Shown here: in pieces, positions 1 through 9,936 of the stretch
Layout of the letters: the number at the start of each line of letters is the position of its first letter
How positions within the stretch are numbered: position 1 is the first letter of the stretch
DNA from: an uncultured Lachnospiraceae bacterium
GTDB lineage: Bacteria; Bacillota; Clostridia; TANB77; CAG-508
Assembly (NCBI GenBank): GCA_964497325.1
Contig: CAZCCM010000001.1
Span: 10,103-74,102, forward strand
Direction: 5' to 3'
DNA: 64,000 nt
Notes under the pieces: model-generated
What the model was told of the DNA's origin: nothing
Database searches by the model: none
Seen by the model: only the letters and a program-made list of their open reading frames with translations
Program-made: the position numbers and the translations under genes

Positions 1-3000
1 TATTGAAAAATACTAAATCTCCTGGTATAACTTCTGAATAATCCCTACCCTTTACTGGAGCATTTAAAAATTGATCAGCAGCAACACGATATAAATTAGG
101 CACAAGTCCAAGAGTTGTTTTGTATATATACCAAACTAATCCTGAACAATCAAAAGTATTTGGTCCTATAGCTCCCCATACATATGGCTTTCCAAGATGT
201 GAATATGCTTCTTCAATAACGCTTCTAGCTGCTCCTGATGCATCTCCATAATATCCTCCTCCAGTAGTTCCATAAAGTTTTAAACTAGCTTTATTTAAGA
301 AAGTAGTAATTTGTTTGTTTACGGCTAGTCCCCATTTGTCATCACAGTAATGTGGTGCTATTTCATTTACAAAATATCTATTATCACCCCAATAATAATC
401 TCCATGCATCAATTCAGCAAATTGTTCAAAAGCTGTATTATAAGTATCATATAAATCCCATGAAACAGCTCCAATACCATTTCCATTAGCATCTTTTATT
501 CCAGTATCATACATTATACCTCCACCATAGTTACCTTGTATGCTAAAAATATTATTATATTCTCCACCATACTGTTGTCTTATGTCAAAATCAAGGCCAT
601 AACCTGCATTTCCTCCTCCACATTCTATTACAGATACTGCTGCTGCATATATTGCATTTACTTCATACTTTTCTTGCATATTTAATAATTCTTGAGCATG
701 TTCTTGTAGTATTGGAAATCCTTCTAATATTTCTTTAAATAAGTCAACATCATCAATTATATTTGGTTCTCCATCTTCTGTTTTAGTATAATAGTCATCC
801 ATTATTTCTATATAAAAACCTGGAGTTAGTACAATGTATTCATCTACATTTTCTATAAAAGCTTTATCAACATCTCTCATTATAATTCTAAGATCCGATT
901 CTGTTGTTTTTCCAATTATTGTTCCTTCTTTTATATAGTCTCCTATATGATTTTCTGATCCAGATATTGAAATATAATTTGGCGCATCTACTTTTGCTTG
1001 TTCTATTGCTTCTGCTTCTTTTCTTGTTTCTTCATCTTGTATTTTCTTTAAATCACTACTTTTTATTTGTTTAACATAACTAGAGTTTTCTTTATTGTTA
1101 ACATCACTCGGTATTTCTACTTTTATACCTTCTATTGTAATTTTATTTCCTTTAATATATCTGCTGTCCTCTTTTTGTTTTCCATGTTTTTCTTTTCCTG
1201 ATATTACTCCCTTATATTCAGTTTCATAAAAGTCTTTATATGGATCTGCTTCTTTTGGCGCTGTTGCATCTATTGCTGATATTGTTATATAGCCTACATC
1301 TTTATATACTACTTTCTTTAATTCTCCATCTTTATCTGTGATAAGCCTTTCTATATCCTTTGTGCCAATTTCTTCTATCTTTCCTGTTACTGGTGAAAGA
1401 ACATTTATATCTTCTTCAAATCCTTCTCCATGAGTTTGTTTATTTTCTTTTATTTCCTCTTCATCATATATTTCTTCTAATGTTGCCTTAGAAGGTACAA
1501 ATACTCCATATCCCTCTGGATCTTGATGTATTTCTGCTGAAGGCCAAAATTTTGGTGTTTTATATTCACTTAAAGGCCACCTCAATACTCTTCTAACTGG
1601 ATCCCTCAAATCTTCCTTTTCAAAATATCCTAATTCAACATATAACTCTTTTAAATCTCTTAATATGTATTGGGCATCAATTGAGTTGCTTCCTTCTAAA
1701 ACTTCAAAAGCTGCTGTTAAATCTGTATCTGCTTCTACTAAAGATTTTAAAGAAGAATTTTGCTCACTTTTAGCTTTTTTTCTATCTTCATTATTTTCAT
1801 CTGCTCTTTCAACACTTCCATCATATTTATACCACTCTATATTAGTAAAAAGATTTTTTGTTCTTGCATTTGTCATTCCTCTTCTTCCTTCTTGTTTCTG
1901 TGTGGCAGTAATTGATTGATTTTCATGTATATACACGTAGTCAGAAAATCCTTCGTATCCATCTCCTTCTTCTGATTCCAATGGCTCGCCTAATCCATCA
2001 TTTTTTTCAGTTGTTTTTATTTCATATGCAGACCATTGATTTTCTTTTATAGTTTCCATTTCTGGTGTTAAAATCTTTTTTCCATCTTCTTCCGAAATAT
2101 TATATTTAGACCATTTTTCGCCTGTTAATAAATAGTAATCCTTATCTTCTAATACATACTCTTCCCCTTGATCTAAATAGAAATATACATCTCTAAACCA
2201 ATGATTTTCAGAATTTTTTATCATTGGAATATATGTCTTTACTTTACCTGTTTCTCCAAAAATCGTATTTAATTTGTTATAAAAATCTTCTGAATTATTT
2301 ACTTCAGCATTTTTTGAACTAACATCTGCAACAACATTATATAAGCCGTATTCATCTATAAAAGCATGATTTTTACCCCATCTACCTTTTTTAACAACTT
2401 CTCCTCTTAAGTCATTAATTTTACCATCTTTACCAAAATATACTGAGCTAAAATCATAATCTCCTTTTTTAACTTTATATTTAGTTGTAGTTTCACCATT
2501 TTTTGTTTTTTCTATTTCTTCCACTAAATTAAAAACTGGAGTTCCATCACTATTTAAAGAACCTGATTTATTTAAACTTGAAGAAGTTGATTTTTTAGGA
2601 CTGATCTGAACATATTGTCCACTTTCTGTTCTAAAAAAGGCTCTATGCTTTTCTTCTTCAGATTTTACTTCCTGTACTGGTATAAAATCATCCTCAGTAA
2701 AAATATATGGATTAGTATCATATTCTTTTCCAATTTCAATATCTCTATTTAACAAATATACTGTACCATTCACTGTTGTTGTTTCAGGAACTAAAAAATT
2801 AACTGTTGTTTTAATATCCGTTTTTAATAATAATATATTTAAGATTGGCTTTTTATAATATAAAACATCATTGTTATCTAATTGATCAAAAACATCTACA
2901 CTTTCTACCGTGCAAGCTTCATCTGTGTAAGCTTTTGTTCCTTTGGCTATTTCTCTAACTAAATCTGGTGATCTTGTACCTTGATGTAATGCAACAAAAA

Positions 3001-4027
3001 GTTCTAAAGGTAATCCATATTTTCCTGGCCATCCGTCCATCTGGAAAGTATATGTTCCTCCAAACATATTTCTTTTAATATATAAAGTTCCTAAATTTCT
3101 ATCTGTCTTTATAGCTTCTCTAAAAACACCTTGAAAAAAGTTTTCATCTGTTGCCAACTCATTGTCATCCCAAGTTCCCACTCTAAAGTTTAATAAACCT
3201 CTCATGTCTTGTTTAGTAAAAATACTTGAAATAATTGATTTATTTCTAATTCTATAAGTATATGCATCCATTCTTGCATATAATTCTATTAAATGTGGAA
3301 ATTTTTTGTCTTTTATTTTATCTGGTAAAGATATTATTTCACCATCTTCATTAAAATTGCTTGGCTCTAATTTTTCATTAATATATCCTTCTGCATATAA
3401 GTCATATCCCCTATTTTGAATAACGTTAGCAGTTCTAGAAAATTCTTTATCGCCTAGCATTTTATCTTCTCCAAAGAAATAATCTCCTAATTCTTTAAAA
3501 AAGCCTTTAACAAGCTCCCCTGTGCTACCTGGGATATAAATTAAAGACACTACAATTCCAACAAGCAAAACAACAGCTGCTATAGCAGCAAATGTCCCTA
3601 TAAATATCATTATTGAAGGACCTAAACCCATTCCTCCTAATAAAGCTCCTATCCCTTCGGCTCCTGCTCTAGTTGCCATTCGTTCTACACCTTCTCTTTT
3701 TAAAGCAGACAATGCAGCTTTATCTGCTTTTCCTCTAGTTGCTTTTTTACCTATTCCCGATGAAGAAAATTTTTGAGGAGATTCAGATATTGAAGATTTA
3801 GGTCTTGACGGTTTAGTTACTTTAGATTTAGGCTCAACAGATTTAGCATTTAAATCTTTTGAATCTTTTTTTGAGCTTTTATTCTCTTCAATTTTGTCTT
3901 TTATATTTTTAATATCGTCACCAATTTTTTGTGCATCTTGAACATTATCAAGAACGTCTCTTTTTTGAGAATCATCAGAACCAATAACCTCATCATTCTC
4001 AACATTGTTAGAATTATCATCCATTTA
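1..4027 (-). CDS. Giant membrane protein with a C-terminal NlpC/P60 peptidoglycan endopeptidase domain (CwlT/TcpG-like T4SS-associated hydrolase). The start codon is at 4027 and the 3' end is cut off by the window start, so more than 1340 aa are present.
   Basis: Minus-strand ORF with ATG at 4027-4025, 7 nt after AGGAGAAA, and no stop before position 1. The N-terminus is acidic/K-rich, followed by a TM segment (GIGALLGGMGLGPSIMIFIGTFAAIAAVVLLVGIVVSLIY). Reverse-complement translation of about 60-330 gives 'FDCSGLVWYIY' (NlpC/P60 catalytic Cys motif) and a downstream 'PGDLVFF'. The region before it, 'AAAVSVIECGGGNAGYGLDFD', may be a lysozyme-like domain (not confirmed). Confidence 0.6.
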
Positions 4028-4056
4028 ATTTTTCTCCTTTATTTTAATTTTTGCTT

Positions 4057-5178
4057 TTATATTTGTTCTTTTTTATCATTTAAATGTTTTTGTTCTTCTT
4101 TAAATTCTACTACTTGAGTAGGCATAGCTAAATTAACATTTTCAGATTCTATTATTTCAATTATTTTAAAAATAACAGTCTCTTGTATTTCTAAATATCT
4201 TTTATATTTAGACTCATTTATATAAAAGGAAACTCTTATATCTTTACTATAGACATTTAAATTTGTAAGTGCTACTATAATTGTTCTTTTTACTATTTGT
4301 TCATTAGATTCTAAAGATATTCTTATTTTACTCATAATTCTATATAATTTTTCAGCTGTAGTATCCATAGGAATTTGAAGATTAAAATCTATTCTTCTGT
4401 TTTCTATCTTACTATAATTACTAACAGAGGCATTTGTAAGTTTAAGATTTGGAATATATGCTAAAGCATTATTTATCAATCTTATTTTAGTATTTCTTAA
4501 AGTGATATCTTCTACAGTTCCCATAATTTCTTCTGAACCATCTTTAATTTCTATAAAATCTCCTATTACAAAAGGTTTTTCTGCTAAAATACTAGCACCA
4601 GATACAAAAGATTTTACAGTGTCTTGAATAGCCAAAGCAAGTATAGCTGAACCAATTCCAAGACCTGCTACCATCCCATTAATATTATATCCTAATTCTT
4701 TTGATATTAAAGCTAGTCCCATAATATATAATATTACTCGAACAATTTTAGATAAAAAATTATTCATAATTGTATTTGTTTCCACTGAAGTAAATTTTTT
4801 GTTTCTATTTTTTTCAGACAATTTAACCACAAAGCCTGAAGGTGAAATAATCTCTACTAATACATTTGTTCCAAAAATTATAGTAATAATTTTTATAATA
4901 ATATTTGCATAAGATAATATTTTTAAGTCTTTTATCCATATTCGTGCAATTATATATATTCCTAAAAATATCATATAATTTTTAAGATGTTTTCCAGTTG
5001 AACTATTTTCAGGATCTTCTTTAAAATCAAATAATTTGTATCCTATTTTTATAATATATTTAACGATAAATTTTCTAAACAACACTAATATTAAAACTAA
5101 TATTGTCCAAATAGTTGGATTTGTATAGCCAATAATTTTATTTAATATTAAATTTGAATAAAAGTTTATTGCTTGCAT
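4057..5178 (-). CDS. MscS-family mechanosensitive ion channel
   Basis: 373 aa with N-terminal TM helices, then the MscS pore/beta-domain signature 'GSAILALAIQDTVKSFVSGASILAEKPFVIGDFIEI...GTVEDITLRNTKIR'. Confidence 0.75.
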   Translation of the reverse strand: MQAINFYSNLILNKIIGYTNPTIWTILVLILVLFRKFIVKYIIKIGYKLFDFKEDPENSSTGKHLKNYMIFLGIYIIARIWIKDLKILSYANIIIKIITIIFGTNVLVEIISPSGFVVKLSEKNRNKKFTSVETNTIMNNFLSKIVRVILYIMGLALISKELGYNINGMVAGLGIGSAILALAIQDTVKSFVSGASILAEKPFVIGDFIEIKDGSEEIMGTVEDITLRNTKIRLINNALAYIPNLKLTNASVSNYSKIENRRIDFNLQIPMDTTAEKLYRIMSKIRISLESNEQIVKRTIIVALTNLNVYSKDIRVSFYINESKYKRYLEIQETVIFKIIEIIESENVNLAMPTQVVEFKEEQKHLNDKKEQI

Positions 5179-5209
5179 ATTTCTTTACTAAAAATTTCCT
5201 TCTTTTCAA

Positions 5210-7519
5210 TTATTTAATTGTAAAACGTACAACCGTTCCTTCTTCAACTACAGTATCTTTTTTAGGATTTTGTGAGACTACTGTGCCTGTTGTTCCTTCT
5301 ATAATATAATTTAAATTAGCTTTATTTAAGGTATTAATAGAATTTGTTACATTTTTGTTTAATAAGTCAGGTACTTTTACTGTTACTTTATTTTCATCTT
5401 CTTTTATATGAAGATATATTTTACTTCCTTTTTCTATTTTTAGACCAGCTTCAGGAACTTGATTTGTTACAACTGTTTCTACTGGATTTACTAAGCTCTG
5501 AACTACAACATTAAAACCTTTTTCTTGTAATATTTTTCTTGCTTCACTAACAGTTTTATTTGATACATTGGGAATTTGTGATAAATTTTTCTTTAAATCT
5601 TCAACTTTTTCTCCTTCTTTTGTAATTCCTATTATAGGGAATATATCTAATAACATTTTTCTTACAACTGAGCCTGATATTAATCCTCCATCAACATAGC
5701 CATAACCTTTAGGATTTTTTTGTACTACAAGTAATGCTATTTGAGGATCATCTGAAGGTGCTATAGCACAAAATGATGCAACATACCCTTCACTTTCTCT
5801 TCCTGGTTGTGGTTCTGAAGTTCCACTTTTACCAGCAATCTTATATCCATCTATTTTAGCATGTATTCCGCAACCAGTATACATCATGTCCATCATTTCT
5901 TTTGAAGTTTCTTCGGAAATTACTTTTCTTACAGCTTTTGCTTCTTCTATTTCTGAGCTTCCAGTTTTAGAATTTGTTGTCTGTTTTATTATTTGTGGAG
6001 TATAAAGAGTCCCACCATTTGCTATCGTTGAAGCTGCATTAATCATTTGTAATGGAGTAATTGTAAATCTTTGTCCAAATGACATTACCGCTAATTCAAC
6101 AGGTCCTACATTTTCAATATCATGTTTTATTCCTTCTTCTTCTCCAACTAATCTTACCCCTGTTTTTTCAAATAATCCAAATGCTTCCATATATTTATAA
6201 TATGTGTCTTTTCCAATTCTTTCTACTAATTGCATAAAAGCAGGATTACAAGAATTTTTAATTGCGCCTCTTAAAGATAACTCTCCATGTGGATTATACC
6301 AAGACCAACAAGCAATATTTGTATCAACTACTTTATGTCTTCCTGTACAAGTAAAATCTCCTTCTTTATCAGGAACAGTTTTATTCTCTTCCAAACCAAT
6401 GGCTGCTGTTACTATTTTAAAAACTGAACCCGGCTCATATCCATCTGTAATAGCCGTGTTTTTCCACATTTTTTGTTGAATACTTTGTTTGCTAGAATAA
6501 CTTAACTTATTCCACTCAGCCTTAGTCATATCCAAAGGCATAAAAGGATTATTTAAATCATATGTAGGCTCAGTAGCTATAGCTAATATTTCTGAAGTTT
6601 GTGGATTCATTGCAATTGCTATTGAAGCATCATTACTATTATCTTCATGTGCATCTGATAAATATTTTTCTAATATACTTTGTATTTTTATATCAATAGT
6701 TAAATAAACATCACTACCATCTTCAGCTCCAATATTTTGATTATTTACAGTAGAATCATATAGTCCTGTGATAGCCCTATTTTTACCTTTTTTTCCTACT
6801 AATATATCATTTAATTCTAATTCTAAACCTTCCAATCCATTATTATCTGTGCCACAAAACCCAATAACATTTGCAGCAAGTTGTTTATATGGATAATATC
6901 TTTTAAAATCTGGATCTATATTTACACCATTGATTTCTTTTTCTTTTATATATTCTTTTAATTTATTAACTTTATCTTTTTCTTCTTTTTCTTTTATAAG
7001 TTCATAAGAACTCTCGCTATTAATTTTTTTTAAAACGTCCTCTATTTTAAGATCTAAAAATTCTGCCATTACTTTTGCAAAATCTTCTTTATCTAAATTT
7101 TCGTTATTATCTCTTAAAATATCTGGATTAATTGAAATTGTATCAACACTTAAGCTTTGAGCTAATATTTCTCCATTTCTATCTAAAATATTTCCTCTAT
7201 TTGCAGCTATTGTACTTTCTGTCATTTGTTGATTAGAAGCTTTTTCTTCTAATTCTTTTCCTATAACAAGTTGCAAATACCCCATTTTAATTGCAATTAT
7301 TACAAAAAATAACAAAAAGACAAATGCAATAACTACTATTTTATTATTTTGTGTTTTTATTAAAAGATTTATATCTGCTGTTGATAATTTTTTCTTATTA
7401 ATACTATTTGTTTTTATTTTTTCAATATTAAATGCTTTAACACTTTGGTTTGTGTTGTTTTTTTTATTGTGTTTTGTATTATTTATTATTTTCTTTTTAT
7501 TTTTTATATTTTTTTTCAT
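5210..7519 (-). CDS. Class B penicillin-binding protein (FtsI/SpoVD/PBP2x-like D,D-transpeptidase) with two C-terminal PASTA domains
   Basis: 769 aa with an N-terminal K-rich region and a TM segment. It has the transpeptidase motifs SVFK (SxxK), SCN (SxN) and KSGT (KTG-like). There are two C-terminal PASTA-like repeats (approximately residues 640-769). Confidence 0.8.
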   Translation of the reverse strand: MKKNIKNKKKIINNTKHNKKNNTNQSVKAFNIEKIKTNSINKKKLSTADINLLIKTQNNKIVVIAFVFLLFFVIIAIKMGYLQLVIGKELEEKASNQQMTESTIAANRGNILDRNGEILAQSLSVDTISINPDILRDNNENLDKEDFAKVMAEFLDLKIEDVLKKINSESSYELIKEKEEKDKVNKLKEYIKEKEINGVNIDPDFKRYYPYKQLAANVIGFCGTDNNGLEGLELELNDILVGKKGKNRAITGLYDSTVNNQNIGAEDGSDVYLTIDIKIQSILEKYLSDAHEDNSNDASIAIAMNPQTSEILAIATEPTYDLNNPFMPLDMTKAEWNKLSYSSKQSIQQKMWKNTAITDGYEPGSVFKIVTAAIGLEENKTVPDKEGDFTCTGRHKVVDTNIACWSWYNPHGELSLRGAIKNSCNPAFMQLVERIGKDTYYKYMEAFGLFEKTGVRLVGEEEGIKHDIENVGPVELAVMSFGQRFTITPLQMINAASTIANGGTLYTPQIIKQTTNSKTGSSEIEEAKAVRKVISEETSKEMMDMMYTGCGIHAKIDGYKIAGKSGTSEPQPGRESEGYVASFCAIAPSDDPQIALLVVQKNPKGYGYVDGGLISGSVVRKMLLDIFPIIGITKEGEKVEDLKKNLSQIPNVSNKTVSEARKILQEKGFNVVVQSLVNPVETVVTNQVPEAGLKIEKGSKIYLHIKEDENKVTVKVPDLLNKNVTNSINTLNKANLNYIIEGTTGTVVSQNPKKDTVVEEGTVVRFTIK

Positions 7520-7578
7520 AATATTATTATTTACTCGTATTATACCTTTTGCTTTTAGCTTTTAGCTTTTACTTTTTA

Positions 7579-8235
7579 CTATTTTTTAAATATAGATTTT
7601 ATAAGTTGCCAAAATGCAATATAGATTTGTTTTATAAGACCTAAAATGAAACCAGGTGCTGTTTTCTTTTCAATCTCTAAATTTATGCTATTTTTAATAG
7701 GTGGAATTAAATAAACTATCCATATTAAAAATAGTAAAACTATTACTGTTAATACTATAATTCCAGTCTTTTTCCAATCAATTGGTTCAGGAGCATTATA
7801 TCCTAAACTTCTTAAATAAGCTCTTTCATATTTTTTTAAATTTTCTTTTATAACACGTTCTTCATTATTTATACGCTCTTGAGCTTTTTGTAATTCTTCA
7901 TTTACCATCTTGTTATATTCTGATTGTGCTCTATTTTGTTCAAGTTCATCAGCCATTTTTTCATCTACTATTTTCTCACCAGATGAATCTTTTACATTAT
8001 TATTTTGTGTTTCATTAGCAAAAACTTTTAAATCATATTCTCTCTTTTTATTATCATCAGACAATACACTATATGCTTCGTTAATTTTTTTAATATATTC
8101 TTCTTTTTCTTTCCTTTTTACAGGATCAGTTTCTAAATCAGGATGATATCTTTTTATTAAAACTTTATGTGCTCTTTCCAAGACTTCTTTTGAAGCATAT
8201 CTGCTTATTTCTAATATGTCATAATATGTTTTCAT
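7579..8235 (-). CDS. J-domain (DnaJ-like) protein with coiled-coil and a C-terminal TM anchor
   Basis: The N-terminus 'YYDILEISRYASKEVLERAHKVLIKRYHPDL' carries the canonical HPD motif. A central charged coiled-coil follows, and the C-terminus has the hydrophobic helix 'GIIVLTVIVLLFLIWIVYLI'. Confidence 0.6.
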   Translation of the reverse strand: MKTYYDILEISRYASKEVLERAHKVLIKRYHPDLETDPVKRKEKEEYIKKINEAYSVLSDDNKKREYDLKVFANETQNNNVKDSSGEKIVDEKMADELEQNRAQSEYNKMVNEELQKAQERINNEERVIKENLKKYERAYLRSLGYNAPEPIDWKKTGIIVLTVIVLLFLIWIVYLIPPIKNSINLEIEKKTAPGFILGLIKQIYIAFWQLIKSIFKK

Positions 8236-8278
8236 CTTTATATACCTTTAAATATATTCTTTGATTTTTTAATAATTA

Positions 8279-9220
8279 TTATTCTGCTATAGGTACCGGT
8301 ACACTAAATTCTGCTAAAACATCATCAGCATTATAATTATTTGATTTATCTTTTTTTATAACCCTAACTGCTGAAAATACCAACGAATTAGGTAATTCTT
8401 TTTCATCAAAAAATCTTGCAAAACTTAAGTTTAATTTTAAAGTTTGATGTCCTGATAAATCAATTTTTTCTGTATAACTTAGTTCTGGCCTTGCATCTCC
8501 ACTTACTGTTAATTGAATTTCAGGTGTTTCAGTAGTAAATTCCTTTAAAACTATATCATTTTCTGTTCTATTAGTTACAGTTACATCATATATTTCTTCA
8601 GAATAAAAAGATATTTTTTGTTTTATTTCCACTCTTATATAGTCATTTTCAAAAAAAGAATTTAATGGGATTTTCCCTATATATCCAGCTACTGATAAAT
8701 TTTTCTTTCCTGACGCACTTTCATTTATAGCCATTTTAAGATCTATAAAAGAATAATCAGAATATGTTAATCCTGTCGCTAAAAAATCTTCAAACACTTT
8801 AACTTGATATATATATGTTGACCCAACTTTTGAATATGGGATAACCTCATATCTTGAATCTTTAGGAAAATTAGTTTTTGCATATTTACTAAATTCTTCA
8901 ACATCGCCAAAGACTGTTGTTTTACAATCATCTGATAACATATTATATGCATCCTCATATTCTCCCTTACTAGATTTTTCTGCAAAATTAACTATAAGTG
9001 CTTCACTTTCTATAAAAACTTTTGAAGGAACTTTTGATTCAGGTTGTAAAACTAATGCAAAAGGATCTTTAGTTACAATAGGCTCCTCCTTTTTATATAT
9101 GCTCAAAAGATAATTGAATAATAATACTATAATAATAATTAATACCACTATAAATATTTTTAATTTATGTTTTTGAAAAAACTCACTTATTTTTATTTTT
9201 ATATTACCAGATTCTTTCAA
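8279..9220 (-). CDS. Hypothetical membrane-anchored extracytoplasmic protein (possible VirB8/TcpC-like T4SS component)
   Basis: 313 aa with an N-terminal TM (IFIVVLIIIIVLLFNYLLSIY) and a soluble domain. It is co-directional with the T4SS-like array across short gaps. The VirB8/TcpC assignment rests on architecture only. Confidence 0.35.
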   Translation of the reverse strand: MKESGNIKIKISEFFQKHKLKIFIVVLIIIIVLLFNYLLSIYKKEEPIVTKDPFALVLQPESKVPSKVFIESEALIVNFAEKSSKGEYEDAYNMLSDDCKTTVFGDVEEFSKYAKTNFPKDSRYEVIPYSKVGSTYIYQVKVFEDFLATGLTYSDYSFIDLKMAINESASGKKNLSVAGYIGKIPLNSFFENDYIRVEIKQKISFYSEEIYDVTVTNRTENDIVLKEFTTETPEIQLTVSGDARPELSYTEKIDLSGHQTLKLNLSFARFFDEKELPNSLVFSAVRVIKKDKSNNYNADDVLAEFSVPVPIAE

Positions 9221-9275
9221 AATTTCCTCCTATTTTATTCTGTATTCTATATTTTATTTTTATATTATTGTCTAC

Positions 9276-9851
9276 TTATTTTCTAGAAAAAGAAAACTTA
9301 TAATCATTTAATCCATATTCTTCAAAAATAAATTTCATTTCCGTTTTACTTCTAGAGTCTTTAATGCTTTTTATATCTATTACATAAATATACAAACTTC
9401 CTACTCTTTCAAAATTTTTAATTACATAACTTGCATCTTCAGGAAATTCTCCTTTAAAGTAATCTTCCATAACTTCTTGTTTAGGAAAAAAGTTTTCTTT
9501 AAATTTATCATCTAATCTTGCATAAATTTCACTAAATTTTTTATTTTCAATATTATCAAAAATATCACCAAGATACACTTTCATTCTTTTCATTTCACTC
9601 TTATCTTTTACTTCCTCAACAGTATCTTCAAAATCACTTTGATTAAAATTTTCTGCATATTCAGGAAGTTCAACATTAGAATTATCTAATTTTTCTTTAG
9701 TTTTTAAAGTTATAATTATAATTACAATTAGAGCTATAATAATTATAATTACAAAAGCAATTATAGTAATTTTTTCGACTGAATTTTTCTTTTTCTTTTT
9801 TTCTTTTTTTTCTTTAAAATTATCATATGTTTCTTTACTTATATTAATCAT
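9276..9851 (-). CDS. Hypothetical membrane-anchored protein
   Basis: The ORF-track start is GTG at 9857. The likelier start is ATG at 9851-9849, 5 nt after AGGAG. The N-terminus has a K-rich region then a TM (ITIIAFVIIIIIALIVIIIITL). Confidence 0.4.
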   Translation of the reverse strand: MINISKETYDNFKEKKEKKKKKNSVEKITIIAFVIIIIIALIVIIIITLKTKEKLDNSNVELPEYAENFNQSDFEDTVEEVKDKSEMKRMKVYLGDIFDNIENKKFSEIYARLDDKFKENFFPKQEVMEDYFKGEFPEDASYVIKNFERVGSLYIYVIDIKSIKDSRSKTEMKFIFEEYGLNDYKFSFSRK

Positions 9852-9900
9852 TTTCACTCCTACTTTTTTTATATGTTTTATTAAAAGCCCTACATATTAT

Positions 9901-9935
9901 ATTAATTAATTAATTATTTATTTATTTATTTATTT
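9901..9935. repeat. Simple-sequence repeats (ATTA)x3-(ATTT)x4
   Basis: 'attaattaattaattatttatttatttattt' lies in the 85-bp intergenic region upstream of the 9851 gene. Confidence 0.6.
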
Positions 9936-9936
9936 T

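Noticed and set aside
1665-1919. Plus-strand ORFs lying antisense inside long minus-strand genes. This one is typical. Others are 6204-6479, 10106-10351, 11603-11929, 13543-14112, 15278-15523, 44108-44404, 45809-46180 and 50706-51239.
   Set aside because: They are Ser/Phe/Leu-rich low-complexity translations of the antisense of AT-rich genes. They have no RBS and no recognisable motifs. The 15278-15523 ORF merely mirrors the coding tandem repeat.
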